From contig CM082585.2 in assembly GCA_040954595.2 (NCBI GenBank), forward strand, positions 3,316,902 through 3,380,901: a stretch of 64,000 bases of DNA. The letters run 5' to 3'. A program made the translations under genes and the position numbers. This DNA comes from Balanoglossus misakiensis (Eukaryota > Animalia > Hemichordata). The notes below the pieces were generated by a model. The model did no database searches. It had not been told where the DNA came from and saw nothing but the letters and a program-made list of their open reading frames with translations. Of this stretch, positions 34,387-47,900 are shown piece by piece. Within the stretch, counting starts at the first letter, position 1; the number at the start of each line of letters is the position of its first letter.

Positions 34387-37300
34387 TTAATGCATGGCTG
34401 TGATTGAGTGTGCTTCTTAGTTGGTAAATAAAGTTTCACGGGACTTGAGCGGCATTTACATTGACATTTCTCCATAAAATCGTTTACTTTGTGTTCATTG
34501 TCAACAGATGCTGTTCGCAGTTTCGGTAAATTTGACTTTCTGCGACACCCATTTAACAGTGACCGATTATATGCCGATTCTCCTCAATGCTGTTTTTTTC
34601 AAACATTTGTTTTGCTCCCCTCACGTAGCACGTGTCGTTGTGTTTATCCTTACTAGTGTTTTAGCAGCTATGACGGTGTCAACGATGTTGGTATATTACC
34701 TCTATACTGACTGCCCGCCATTTTGGTTAATATCCTTACAAATCTAGCGACCCATACCTGACCCCCTACGGCGAGACTAAGTTGACTGGCGCGAGTAGCC
34801 TTTTACAAACCGTGCAATCGTGGTGATTTTTTCTATTTTAATATGCCTTCATGTATATGTCATAAATTGCGAGATTTAGCCATAGCCACCTGCACCAACC
34901 ATGTGGCACTGAAGGTAATCTATCTTATATCCATCCTACAATCTATCCAACACCAATTCATACATCCGTCCATACATTTATCCACGTGCAACCAACCATC
35001 CAATCCAACCACCCACATGTCCATTCATGAAATGCCACCTTAATGATATTAATGAGTCACCTGACAAAGATGGCTTGATAATAATGATCACATCACAAGC
35101 AAGATGACTATCCCCATGTCTGCACACAGGCATGTCTAAGTCAGGCGTGTTATGTATAGGTTATCGTAACACTTTTGGTCATCAGTTTGTAAAATTCACT
35201 TCCATCCCACTTGTAGACACGAGAGTGAAAAACTTGCCAAAATGAATAATCAGTCTCTACCATTTATTCATTTTGGGTGAGTTTTTACTCTCATATCCTA
35301 CAAACAGGATGGAAACTGTGTGTGGTCGAACGTTGATTCACTATTTATCACATAATAACATAAACAGTGTCTTGTATCAAACATAAAGAATTGGAAAAGG
35401 GCAGCGAGAAAGAGGCTTTGTCCCTTTAACCTCCATGGTGAATACATTAACACTACACAATTACATTTTAAAACGGGCCTTGATATTTAATACCCACATG
35501 TAATTTCAAGAACAATATTGCACACCATAAATTACATATGAAGACAATTTTCCATCAATAAATAGTGCATAATACATGTCTGCAATATTTACAAAGTAGA
35601 TAAATTCTCTTACATGGAAATGCATAAAATTTGACCCTCTGTATATACAAGTGACAAGACAAAGAATCTTCAAAAGTCATTACAAATTACATAAAACCTT
35701 GTTACCATTGAACAGTCATAGAAAAATATTTTACTGCATTAAAAGACAATTGTTTAGAGCTACTGACTAGATTTCTAGACCATGGCATTACCCATTATAA
35801 ATTTTCTGGATACGAAAAGCCTGGAAAAGGTTATTTTGAATTATGCAGTTTGCATTGTCTTACCTCTCTTCTGAAAATACTTTCACCGTATTCTATATAT
35901 TCTAAAGTGTACTCAATCATGCACAAATCTGCAGGGAACTGGTCTACTTAGTGGACACAACTTTGCCCGCTGGGCGATAGTATTATTTGACCCTTTTCAC
36001 GCTCACCCCTAACCCCCTGAAAATAATGGTATCACTCAGGGGCAAAGTCGTGTCCACCAAGTAAACCAGATCCCAAATCTGTCATGCCTTCCATTAAAAT
36101 GAATCAAAATATCTTTTAAAAGTTACCCAAAGTTAAAATAAACTTAACAAATTCCACGATAAATAAATATCATATACAAGAGAACAGATGATTGTGATTT
36201 AATAGCAAATTAAAAAAAATGAATTATGAGAAAAAATGATGGCAGATGGTAAGCATTGTGCCTTTTTCAAAAAAACAACCACACTCAACAGGCTTCTATG
36301 TTTGAACATAAAAATCACAATGTATATTTTTCAATCAGTACATGTGAATTCAAATTTTACTTCACAATTGTACAATGAAACAACTTTGTAAAGATTATAC
36401 CGCTAATCATTTCTCCAGCTATAACCCTTATCATACCAGTATACATGATATATGGTGCTTGGACAGTGTTTGTGCCGACAATGGTATCTAAGACTTCAAT
36501 AAAGTTTTGTCTCACACTCCTAACCGCTGGGAGTGTGGGATCGAGAGTGTGGGATAAATCGATCCCACACTCTTGCAGGATCGAAAGCTCTATATGACGC
36601 GAGCGCGATTGGATGACAAAATGTTTGGTAATAACACTCTCTTAATGTTACCCAATGGCAAGCGTAATATATGGACAGAAACTACAACGTACGAGACAAC
36701 ATTTACAGTTAATTATTCAATGTATTTAATGGCTATTTTTTGTCGTGTGAGAAATAGAATCTCACACACCTTGCAAGGACCTGGGGTCGTCTTTCTCACA
36801 CTCGTTGAGAAATACAATCCCAGGTCCTTGGGAGATTGAGATTCTATTAGACTCTATAAACAACCCAACCACTCATTGCTGCATGTGCAGAAAAATATAT
36901 GATTCAACAGAGGTGCGAACGATACTCAGAAATAATCACAGCAACATAACAGTCAATCAAAGCGGCCAGCCTGACAGACAACACAATGACCAACCCTAGT
37001 ATGAAACAAATTCCAGAAGTTTTTGCATCATAAAAATCAATCTAGGTTTTTTTTTTTTTAAATCCAAGACCCGCTTTGTATGATGGTTATTACAGCTTGC
37101 ATTCACACAAATTTGAGCTGGATACCTCAAAGCATAAAAACACAAAACGTCAAGAAAACTGGAATAGTTTTACAACCATTACACATTTGGAATGCCACAA
37201 TGTCAGAACCAAAATAGCGTGGCAGTGTTCCATCCAAGATGGCATCAACGGGAGGTGGGGTATGTCTCCCCCACCCCTTTCCTTAATATTTGGGGTTGGG

Positions 37301-38418
37301 ATTCCACTCTGGCAAGGGGGGACTGTAATATCTTCAATGTGTGAGGGACATAATTTTAGGGGCACTGGTCCCCCTGACAAATTTCTAGGGGGTGCCAACA
37401 TGTCAACATGGGTGATCCCCCCCCCCATACCGCCCTACCTAGATGAAACACTGACTATATGCTAGTAATGTCAATAATAGTGATTTCTCCCATCGTTAAA
37501 AGGAGGAACAGTGACTAGATAAATCAGCATAATTGTTCATTTGTATCAATTGAAAAAAGCAAATATGTTGTTGTATCCACGATGATTTCTTCTGGTTTCA
37601 CAGTTATGCTTGACCTTCAACAAGCACGGTTTGCCACTTTTTCAGAATATATTTTTAAACAATTAGGAATTTTCTTAAATTACAATTTAGGTGCATGGTA
37701 AGCAATAACATGAAAGTAACATCTGGCAAATCCCCTTCTTTCCTGTTTCTCCTGATGATTTGACAAAAATTGTTCAAACACTTGTGATGTTTGCATGATC
37801 TGAGTATTTCGTTAAATATTATGTTAAACTACACTTTTCATAAAAAGTATTCCCTTTTCACTATTATAATAAAAGGTGACAATCTGTCAACAATGAAAAG
37901 AAGCCGAAAGCCAGTGACATAGGAGTGCATGGCAACTTCCTGTCATAAATTAGCATTTCCTCAATTTTTTCAATCTGATACATTTCTTTATCTTCGAAAT
38001 AGTACAGGTAACTCATAATAACAAATCATCAAAAATCCACCCGTCATAGAATTATAATTATTGCAATCTAAACAAAATAGCATTACTTGCATTGTCATCA
38101 GTTTGTCAACTCTTGGTGACACATACTATGATAGCTGCATACTGTTTGCATGGAGGCTGATAAAATGGGTGTGGCACCCGTTTAATATACAGAATTGTAA
38201 CAATCTGGTGTTGATCAGATGTTCATGTATATATCAGTAAGCTTATTTAGATGGACCAATTTAAGTTGGAAAATAAAATTATGAAAATAATGCAAAAAGA
38301 GGCAGCTCTAGGGGCTTTATACACAAACTCTTCAACTGGTGCAACTTTTGATGACACTGGAATAAAGGTCATAGACCTTTCCACTGTGTATACATAGCTC
38401 TGGATGAGAACTTTGTGA

Positions 38419-38766
38419 TTAAAGGGGCAAAGTCTCTCTCTCTGCCCTTTTTCCATTAATTATGTTTGATACAAGACACCTTTTATGTTATTTTACATGT
38501 GGATATATAGTGAATCAATGTTAAACCACACACACCTTCCATCCAGCTTGTAGACACGAGAGTGAAAAATGAATGAATAATCAGTCTTTACCATTTATTC
38601 ATTTTGGGCGAATTTTTACTCTCATATCATACAAGCCGGATGGAAGTTGTGAGTGGTTGAACGTTCATTCACTACATATACACATGCACATTAACATAAA
38701 CAGTGTCTTGTATCAAACATAATTGGAAAAAGGGTAGCAATTAAGAGAGAGACTTTGTCCCTATAA
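38419..38766. mobile_element. TTAA-flanked palindromic MITE family A (Kolobok-like termini); other copies 28083/32808-32935, 35198-35429, 46704-47062, 53990-54375, 56262-57359, 57925-58270
   Basis: TTAA|AGGGACAAAGTCTCTCTCTCGCTGCC ... GGCAGCGAGAGAGACTTTGTCCCT|TTAA; ~340 bp, largely self-complementary. Confidence 0.85.
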
Positions 38767-38847
38767 TTAATTTATAAATTAAGTTTTTTTCACAAACCTG
38801 ACACGCTACTTAAAGAGGCAACATAAATTAGTTGTTATGAATAAAAC

Positions 38848-38995
38848 CTAGACAGTTTTAGGTTTAAGCGATGCAACCAGTGGCTCCATTGGGTCCGATG
38901 TATAATCAACTGTGGTGATTTCATAGATGGCTTGCACAGACGGGCGTGGTTTGCTGATACTTGACAGGTCGACAGATAGTTTGAGTTTCTCAGCA
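38848..38995 (-). CDS. Terminal cytoplasmic exon (DNER-like tail)
   Basis: ttttattcacag| acceptor in phase 2, then 48 codons and TAG. Not in the ORF track. Confidence 0.8.
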
Positions 38996-41900
38996 CTGTG
39001 AATAAAACATAGTTTATGTTAAATTAATTAAACCCCCAACTCCCGTTTAAAAGGGCGAGACTTTGCGAGACTTCTCATAATGGTGGGAGATTCAAACTCA
39101 CTAACAACAGAACGGACGTTGTCCATAATAGCCAGTAAATTTAGGTCTACCGATGATTTTTTTTGTCTCTAAATTCATAAAGGAGTGCATGAGTTTATTT
39201 AGCACGACATCCGCGGTTTCTGGTGCAATACAATTTGAAAATACTTTCGAAAACTGAAGATGAAATCATTTTGTCCCCGAGATATGACCGGTATATCGGT
39301 ACGATTTTCAGTTTGAATTTGCGTGATTGACGTATTATGCAAATCAAAATTGGGCACCATTGATACATTGTGGCGTTGATTGCAAAGTGTGCGTGACCTG
39401 AAAATAGGGATATGATCATACCAAATTTATCACACATGAACATGCACACGTCCATAAATTCGGTAGTTCTCTTCTTGGAAATTGTGTTGGTCCTGAAAAG
39501 GACCGTTTGTATTTGTGTACCAACCGTACAAAGTGAAGAGGGGAAAGCCTCATCAGTGCCATATTCATGCCCAACGTAAGAAACACCGGGTAAATTCGGG
39601 TAGAGACCACGGACTAGCCAAGACTGCCTATGTGTGGTAACACATTGCGAACAAAAACAAAATTCACAGGAGTTGACCGAATCTCCGGAAGCCGATGTGC
39701 TCATGGACACGGTGTTTACTTCGACGGCTGCTGCATCCGATAGACCGGCAGTGTCCCCCGCATCAAACTCGCCGGTAGCCGATACCACGCACGGTACTAA
39801 CCCCCGCGGTCGTAGCAGGTGAACTTATGTGCCCCCGCCGGTCGATGACCGAAAGCTCGGCAGAGAAAATTGCCAGTGCTTTCTCCTGCTCTTCAGTGAC
39901 CGCTATCTTGATAATTCGTGTCGACACGATAGATTCAGCTGACAACACGTTCCGCGGGTACGTAAGAACTAGCTGGATCGGTGTTTGCTTTTGGCGGGCG
40001 CGGGATGCCCATTTGAGGTCAATTGTTGTAACAATATATAGTGGCGTCAGAGCTTTAGCCACGCCCACATTTTATTGATTTTGCTCGGTAGGGCCCTACC
40101 GAGCGTTCCGCCTTTAACAGCATTTTGTGTCACGAACTGCATTATAATTGGCCCGGGTATCAATGCAACACTTCGGGACGTTACTTGAAACCACACTGTA
40201 TGCTGTCAACAAATGACACCAGTTTGAATTTCCAGAGATTCTTACAGCCATGTGCCCATATGTGGGGAAAGAAGTAAACTCTTGCATTGGGCAGCAAAAT
40301 AAATGGGTGCAGTACCCATTTATAATTTATCCTGTTCATTATTACATGAATGAGCCACTGATCAGAGGCTGGTAACAGGTTTGTGTATAGCTATCAGTCA
40401 GTCCAATGAAATAGGCCATTCTAAGTTTGAAAATAAAATCATGCAAATAATGCAAAAACAGGCTACTATTGGTGCTTTAAAGGTGTAGCTCGTCTCACAC
40501 GCATGTTCCAACTGTAGCCGCTGGTTACAGACGTTTAGCGAACAGTCAATCCCATAAGGCAGTGCTCACACAAGATGGCAGAGACCATGATCTGTGTCCG
40601 AGATCGGGAAAAGACAAGTTGGCTTGGGTGAAAAGGAGGGACAAAACCAGAATCTACTTATATCTAGCGCATGAAATATGGAAGGAAGCGAAGGCAGTCC
40701 ACTATTTGAATGCATCAAACGGAAAATTTGCTGGGAAGTTACGCGCATGCGTGTGAGACGAGCTACGCGCTTTAAGATATGATGTATGAGTCATGTTCCT
40801 TATGTTATTTGGATAAATATAAAACCACATAGTTAATGTTGGGGGTCAAAGTCAAGAAAACTGTCACCCATTATTTGAGTGAAAGGATATATCGTATTGA
40901 ATAGAGCATCCATATATACCACAGAAGTATTCAAGTACATCTACATGATGAGAAAGTAATTTGTGTACCATATATGGTGCATGACAGCAGAATAAAAATA
41001 GGAGGGGATTTAATTGCTTTATCTGTTATGGATGGTTTGTGTTTTAAAACTTGTAAAATTAATGTCTCAATAGTTTTAACTTACTTATTACTGTTCTTGT
41101 TGTCTCTCGGCTTGATTGGCATTGACATATCTGTGTAGTAGTCATAGGAACCAGGGCCAGGTCCTTGCAATCGACAAACACACACTACCATGGTGATAAT
41201 GACAATGATAAAAGCTGTTCCTAAGCAACCACTGACAATATACAACGTCTTGATGTGTTGATTGTGGTGAGGTGGCATTTCTGTCATATCAGGTCCATCA
41301 TCAAATAATTTCTCTGTTGAATAATACAATATCAAATATTTATTACAAATATACCATGCCCCCTGCTGTGTGTTAACAGAGTGAGATACTTTCATTGCAA
41401 TATGGGACTAACTATTAACATACAACATATGGGTTATTTCCATCTTGCATTTAGTTTAGATGCCTGGGACAAATTATACCGTTGCATACTGCAGTGAAAT
41501 GAACTATGTTTACATTACTAACTAGGGATTACTTTGTTTATAAAATGTCTCCCAACATTGTTGCAAAGATGTTGCCATCTGCCTATGTCTAAGCATGCAT
41601 TAATTTATTTATTAAATTTGATGTTTTTGTCTTAAGCAGATAATGGTGTTTTCAACACGTACATATTTGACTTTTGCTCTGTCGGTTGATGACAATTTAA
41701 TTTATTTGACGGTTGTCTTTTCGTAAAGCTAAATAGTAGAATTTCAATCATGTTAGTTTGGAATGTACACTCTAATTCTGGATCGAAGCCTTTCTCATTG
41801 CAAAATCGAAATAACAAAAATAAAGAAATAAAGCATGCAAAAAAATAGAGAAATCCATAAAAAAGTAAGAAAGAAATAAAGAAAATCAAATATATATAGA

Positions 41901-44900
41901 GAAAAATGAAGCCAACAAGGAACAAAACAGACTAGATATAAATATTTATTATTATTACCTTCACAAGTAGCTCCTGTGTATTGGGACGTACAGTAGCATT
42001 TATAACCATTGACCAAGTCTCTACAGATGCCACCATTATGACAAGGATTGGGTGAACAGTCATTCATATTGATTTCACACCTTACACCTGCAATCAATGA
42101 CCATATTTTGTAGGTTTTAGAAAATAAAGTGGTAACTCTTATGTTACCGTGGTTGCTCGGGTAAGAGCCCCGGGTGCTGCGTCCCCAAATTAACAAAAAA
42201 AAACAGGGGGGGGGGGGGGGGGATTTGCCAGGACACCACCTCGACTTTTATGCAAATGAGGGGCCTAGGGACATGAGGAAGGGGTGAATAATGATGCAAT
42301 AACATGGCAAAACATTTCATGGTCAAAAAATGTACTTTATTAAATAATAAAAAGTTTTTTTCCCATAAATCAAATACAGAAAACATATTACAGTCGCCGC
42401 CGTTTAATCGGGACACCATGGGCGCAGACAAAACATCCCGTTTAAACCGGAACATTGGTAAATGGTCGATCCCACCCATGCATGTTCACCTTACATGCTA
42501 TTGTTTACTTAGACGTCGACGCACGCACATAAATACATTTATCTTTATGTGTAGTTTTCTGAACAAAATGATTCATCGGCATCATGGAAATCATGCCTTT
42601 CTCTACCAGAATTTTTGAGTGGATCTTCCAATTTTGGGTGTTTCGCGTCGAGGACGGACTGAAGAGGATCCATGCGGCCGCTTTGGAAAGCTCCCCGGTG
42701 ACCTCATACGCGGCAGCGCGTCCATCTAAGTGATCGTTGAATTCGAGGCACGGTCCCGAGGGACCTGTCTGAGGTCATGTTTTCTAGAGCGGCTATAACT
42801 CAGCGTGGTCAGTCGGCCGTCGTGGGTACGATAATCAGCACAAAAGTCAATCATCATATGGAAATTGTTTGCCGTCACAGACGTTTTTTTTTTATTCTCA
42901 CATTTAGTGACTTTGGGGATGAAAATCCGCCTTTTTGCATTGCTCTTTATTACATTTCCAAGAATTTAATGGGTATTTGGCCGAGGGAGGGGGGGGGGGG
43001 GGGGGGGGCTACCGGATATAACCTCAAAATTCAAATGGGCCCTAACAGTCAGATCGCACGGCATTCATTAACATATGCAAATGAAGAAAGTACTTCAAAC
43101 CATGTAGCCGTTAGAGTGGGCCCCGCTGAAGGGTCGCGAAATAGGCCATTTTTTTACTCGATATTATAGAGCTGTTTTCAGGCGATGTGGATTATTTTAA
43201 GACAAAACCGTGGATTCACTTGAAGGTAGGTATACTGGATTGTTACTGAATGATTTTTTGGCAACTTCTGTCGAGTAGTTTCTTTGTAATCACGAAATTT
43301 CTGACGACTGTGAAAAAACACATAGCGTTGACATCCTCTCGATTATTTTTAAGCTGACCGTTACACATGGATTTTACCACGAAATTTCAAACTTTTATCA
43401 AAATATAGACATCAAACTCCCTCTCTTTGAGTTTTCATTCACTTCCAAGCTTTGATAGTGACGATATGACCAGTTCAATTTTGTTTACCTTTCAACCTGT
43501 GAGCGCCATTTTGTTTACTTTTCAACCCGTGAGCGCCACTTCTTCTGCAAAATGGCGGGAGAAGACAGCATGCATGTGTACGTATATACGCTGGCGCAGG
43601 CTTGATCCTGGGTTGTACCAGCTGCGTAGTTTTCCCTCCTCTCTCGTGCGAAGAAATTTTGATTGCTGATATGTAATCCCGAGTTTTACTAAACCCTAAC
43701 AATTATTTTATGAAGGTTTGCCCGTCAAGGAAACTCACTTTTTTTAATTTTATTGTTCTTTCAGATTGATGAAGACTGATTTTTGTGGTGGTGGTGGTGG
43801 TGTTGCAGTTGACTGTTTTATTTTAGCTGTCTGAGTTGACAATTTATTCTGTATTTTGTTGTATTTTTAACTCTTTATCCTGTATTTTGTAGTAGTATTT
43901 TGAACACTGTTTAATAAATAAATTACTATTATTATTATTATTTATCGACCCAATGCAATGATGACAAATCGCTCGCCTTCAGACACAAATGTTGTATTTA
44001 TTGCATATATCATCGGCGAATAAAGGGAAGTGGTTTCGAAGTTACACTTGGCATTTTCGAAAAGTCTACTTATATCCCACGATGCGGAGAAAAAAATATA
44101 TACAAAATACGTCAGCTGAGCTCCTCACGAACGGTAAACCTGGCATTCTGTGCATGGGTAATCAAATATTTGTTTGTAGCCCAATGTAGGCGAACGGTGT
44201 GGAGCACCCGGGCGCGGCACTCGTGCGATTGATCGATGTTGTGTCGAAATCAGGCCAGTAATTAAGTTAAAACTTGGCTGATATGTTACCTTAGAGTGTT
44301 ATACACTATCCAGTAACTTTTACTTGACAAGTGTCTTTTAGAAACTTTTCCCCACGATAAACGTGTCGTTTCACGAGCAACGCAACACTTCCGTATTTAC
44401 AAGCCTAACATGGAGAGGTCAACGTAGGGCCTATACTTCCGGGTCATATCGTCGAACTACATCGATTATTTTTAAGCTGACCGTTACACAAGCATTTCGA
44501 GTTAATTTCTTTTCACGGATGTTGGTACCGATATTAGACCTATCTGTCACGAAAACTTGGTTAACTTCCGAGGTCGTCTTCAAATGATTTTTGGCACGTT
44601 TGTGGACGTCTCTTCCGAGGTCACCAACATACCACCGAAAACACGCTAAAAACTACTACTATTACCGACAGATTCTCATAAAATTTACGTCTGCAGTGCA
44701 AAATAGGAATCACTTTCGAAATTTATCGAGCTAGCATGGTATTTTATTGTACCACAGAGTGTAAAAATCAAGTTGAAAATCACCTTGAAAACTGGCCTAT
44801 TGCCGTCTGTTTGAAAATTAACGGTCGCTGGCTTGACGAACTTTCATATGCAAATGAGCACCGTGCGATCTGACTGCTAAAACCATGGGGGGCGTTTGTC

Positions 44901-47900
44901 CGCACAGGGGCTCTTACCCGAGCAACTACGGTAAGTAATAAAACTGAACACCTATTGCCTGGCCATGAGGGCCATAGCAGCTGTTTATTACCCCTTAGGG
45001 GCTGTGAGTTACCAGAATGTCATGCTCTTTCCCGAGGCCGTAGGCCGAGGGAAATAGCATATGATTCTGGTAACTCAGTCATGAGGCCCTAGGTGTTTTA
45101 TAATAAACCTCATGCTAACACGCAACTCTGATTGACGTGACCTGAGTCTGTGAACCGGTTTATATTTTTTCTGCTATATCCTGCGGGATTCATAGTCGAT
45201 TCTATTTACCTATCACGCGACGAATTCTGGTGAATCACGACACAGTATTAGCATGAGGTATATTATAAATATAAATACTGTTCTACTGTTCATTTTCCGA
45301 CTCGATCTTCAATGTAAATAATACAGAACAGTCCTTGGCAAATAGCATGACTCAGAAACAATCCAAAAGACAAGAGAGCTGTTCTGTGTATATATATACG
45401 TGGTACAACATGAAAGATCTAAAGTACCAACGCATATTATATTACACCAGTATATTGATGGTGTAAATCACGCTATTTGATTGGTCGAGACACGACACGT
45501 GACCGTGATATATTAGCCATATACCACAGTCATATATCATAGTCAAAGAAAATGCCTTTTAAAAATGTTTTATGCAAAGTTTCAATATACTGGCATAATA
45601 TAATAGCAATAAAACACCCCCAGCCATGGTATACCACTCGATTTTGACCAGTTCAACTCCATATACGCACTCGCTATCGCTCGTGCGTATATGTCGTGAA
45701 CTGGTCAAAATCTCGTGGTATACCATGGCTGGGGGTGTTTTATTGCTTAAATATTAACTGCTGTAGTTAACAAACACACCGATCTCACCTGTATAACCTG
45801 CCTTACAAACACACGCATACATATGTCCTAAATCTTTACAATGAGTGGCTTCATGACATGGATTGTGGTCGCACAGGTCTACTTTATTCTGGCAGTGATC
45901 ACCAGAAAATCCCAACGGACACTGACATCTGTAATCATTCACCAAGTTTTCGCAGAAGCCATCATTGAGACAAGGGTTGGACAAACACTCATCGTATTCT
46001 TGTTCACAGTGTTTCCCACTGTAGCCTGTAATGCAAAAATCAAGTGATACTGAGATATGAACGGAATGTCCTCATGTGGATATGCAGGTTTTTTCTGGGA
46101 CACCAAAGTATCAACCAGTTAGGTATCAATCCCCATGAAAAGACTATTATATAATCAATCAATCACTCATCAATAATCAATCAATCAAACAAACATAATT
46201 TATGAAGCGCCCGAATCCAAGAAGAAAAAAAAACTGTTCAATGGAAATTAGTAGAATTGGCCCACACAGTAAGCTAGTCTAAAAATATAAGTCTTCAGTT
46301 TGTTTTTTAATGTTTCCAGACTTGGTGATTGACGAATTTCTTTCTTATCATTTCCCACCGTTTGAATGTTAATTGACCTCTTTAAGGGGAGGGATTATTT
46401 AAGGAGGAATAACACTATATGGCTCATTACATGTTTGGATATCAGAATGGTGATTACATCTACAGTGATGCATAGCTCCAGTAAGCATGTAATTTCTGAA
46501 GTTATTTGTAACACACACTGAAATATCTTTGTTTTACTTGACCATGAGTGTTTAAGGAGTAGATTCCTGTGATTTATATTGCATGGAACAAGCAAAAGGC
46601 AAGAACATAAACCATAGAGGCAGTTTTGTACAAATTTGTTCTTTGATCCAACGTCCAGCCATGGGTTTCAAAAATATGCCTTTAAGCAGCAAGTTTTCCA
46701 AAGTTAAAGGGACAAAGTCTCTCTCTCGCTGCCCTTTTTCTATTAATTATGTTTGATTCAAGACACCGTTTATGTTAATGTACCGGTACATGTGTATATG
46801 TAGTGAATTAAAGTTCAACCACACACAACTTCCATCCCGTTTATAGGATATGAGAGTAAAAAATCTCGCCAAGATGAATAAATGGTAGAGACTGATTAAT
46901 CATTTTGGTGAGTTTTTCACTGTCGTGTCTACAAGCGGGATGAAAGTTGTGTGTGATCGAACGTTGATTCACTATATATCCACATGTAGAATAACATAAA
47001 CAGTGTCATGTATCAAACATAATTAATTGAAAAAGGGCAGCGAGAGAGACTTTATCCCCTTAGTGCACTTACAAGCAGTAAGTTGTTGAAGTGCAAAAAT
47101 GTGCCACATAAGCCTTACCAGGTAAACAATAGCACTGGTAGCCACTGACTTGATCCACACAAATCCCATTGATACAAGGATTGCTGACACACTCATTGAT
47201 GTTGACTTCACAGTGATAACCTGTATACCCATCTGGACATACACATGCAAAGTGGTCACCCGAATAGCCTTGCTTGACATCAACACAAGTGGAGCCATTA
47301 GCACAGGTGTGGTCAAAACAGCCATCGATCTCGTCACAGTAAGCATTTGTGAATCCCAAACAGCATTCACAACGATATGAAGCCTGTAAAACATGATTTG
47401 GTGAGAATTAAAATTATCTAATGAACCGTTAAATAAGTCTCTTGCAATTCTCTTAATACTACACAGTCTGTCTTCAATCAAAGGTATAAACCATTATATT
47501 ACATGATCGAAATTAAATTGAAGTTTATCAATGTCAACCTTAATCTGCTTATTTTTGTTAAGGATGTACGCACAGAACATAAACTTGAACACTGTGTGCA
47601 TTCATCTTTTTCCATAGGATTACATTGATAATTGCTAGAAAACTCATTTCTACTATTGTCATTTTCATGAAATTTTACACATAGCTCAAATAAAAATAAA
47701 TTCCTTGGTCAAATAAAATCGTATGGTCACCATGCTCATTTTTGAGATAAACTTCACTAAATATTTTGCACATAGACAAAGTATTGGTGAAAAATGCTGA
47801 CCCAGCAGTTTTCTTCAATTATCACTTAATTGGCGGCCTTGTATTTCGAAAACAAGCACGGTGACACCTATATTTTATTAGATTTTTATTATGCTTTAAG

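Noticed and set aside
37223-37453. hAT-like MITE with CAGTGTT(C/T)CATC ends
   Set aside because: Only a 12-bp imperfect TIR and no recognisable TSD; too weak to list.
41081-41395. ORF-track stop at 41081 as the true end of the EGF/TM protein
   Set aside because: The stop overlaps a consensus GTAAGT donor, and a phase-matched DNER-like last exon exists at 38995-38848.
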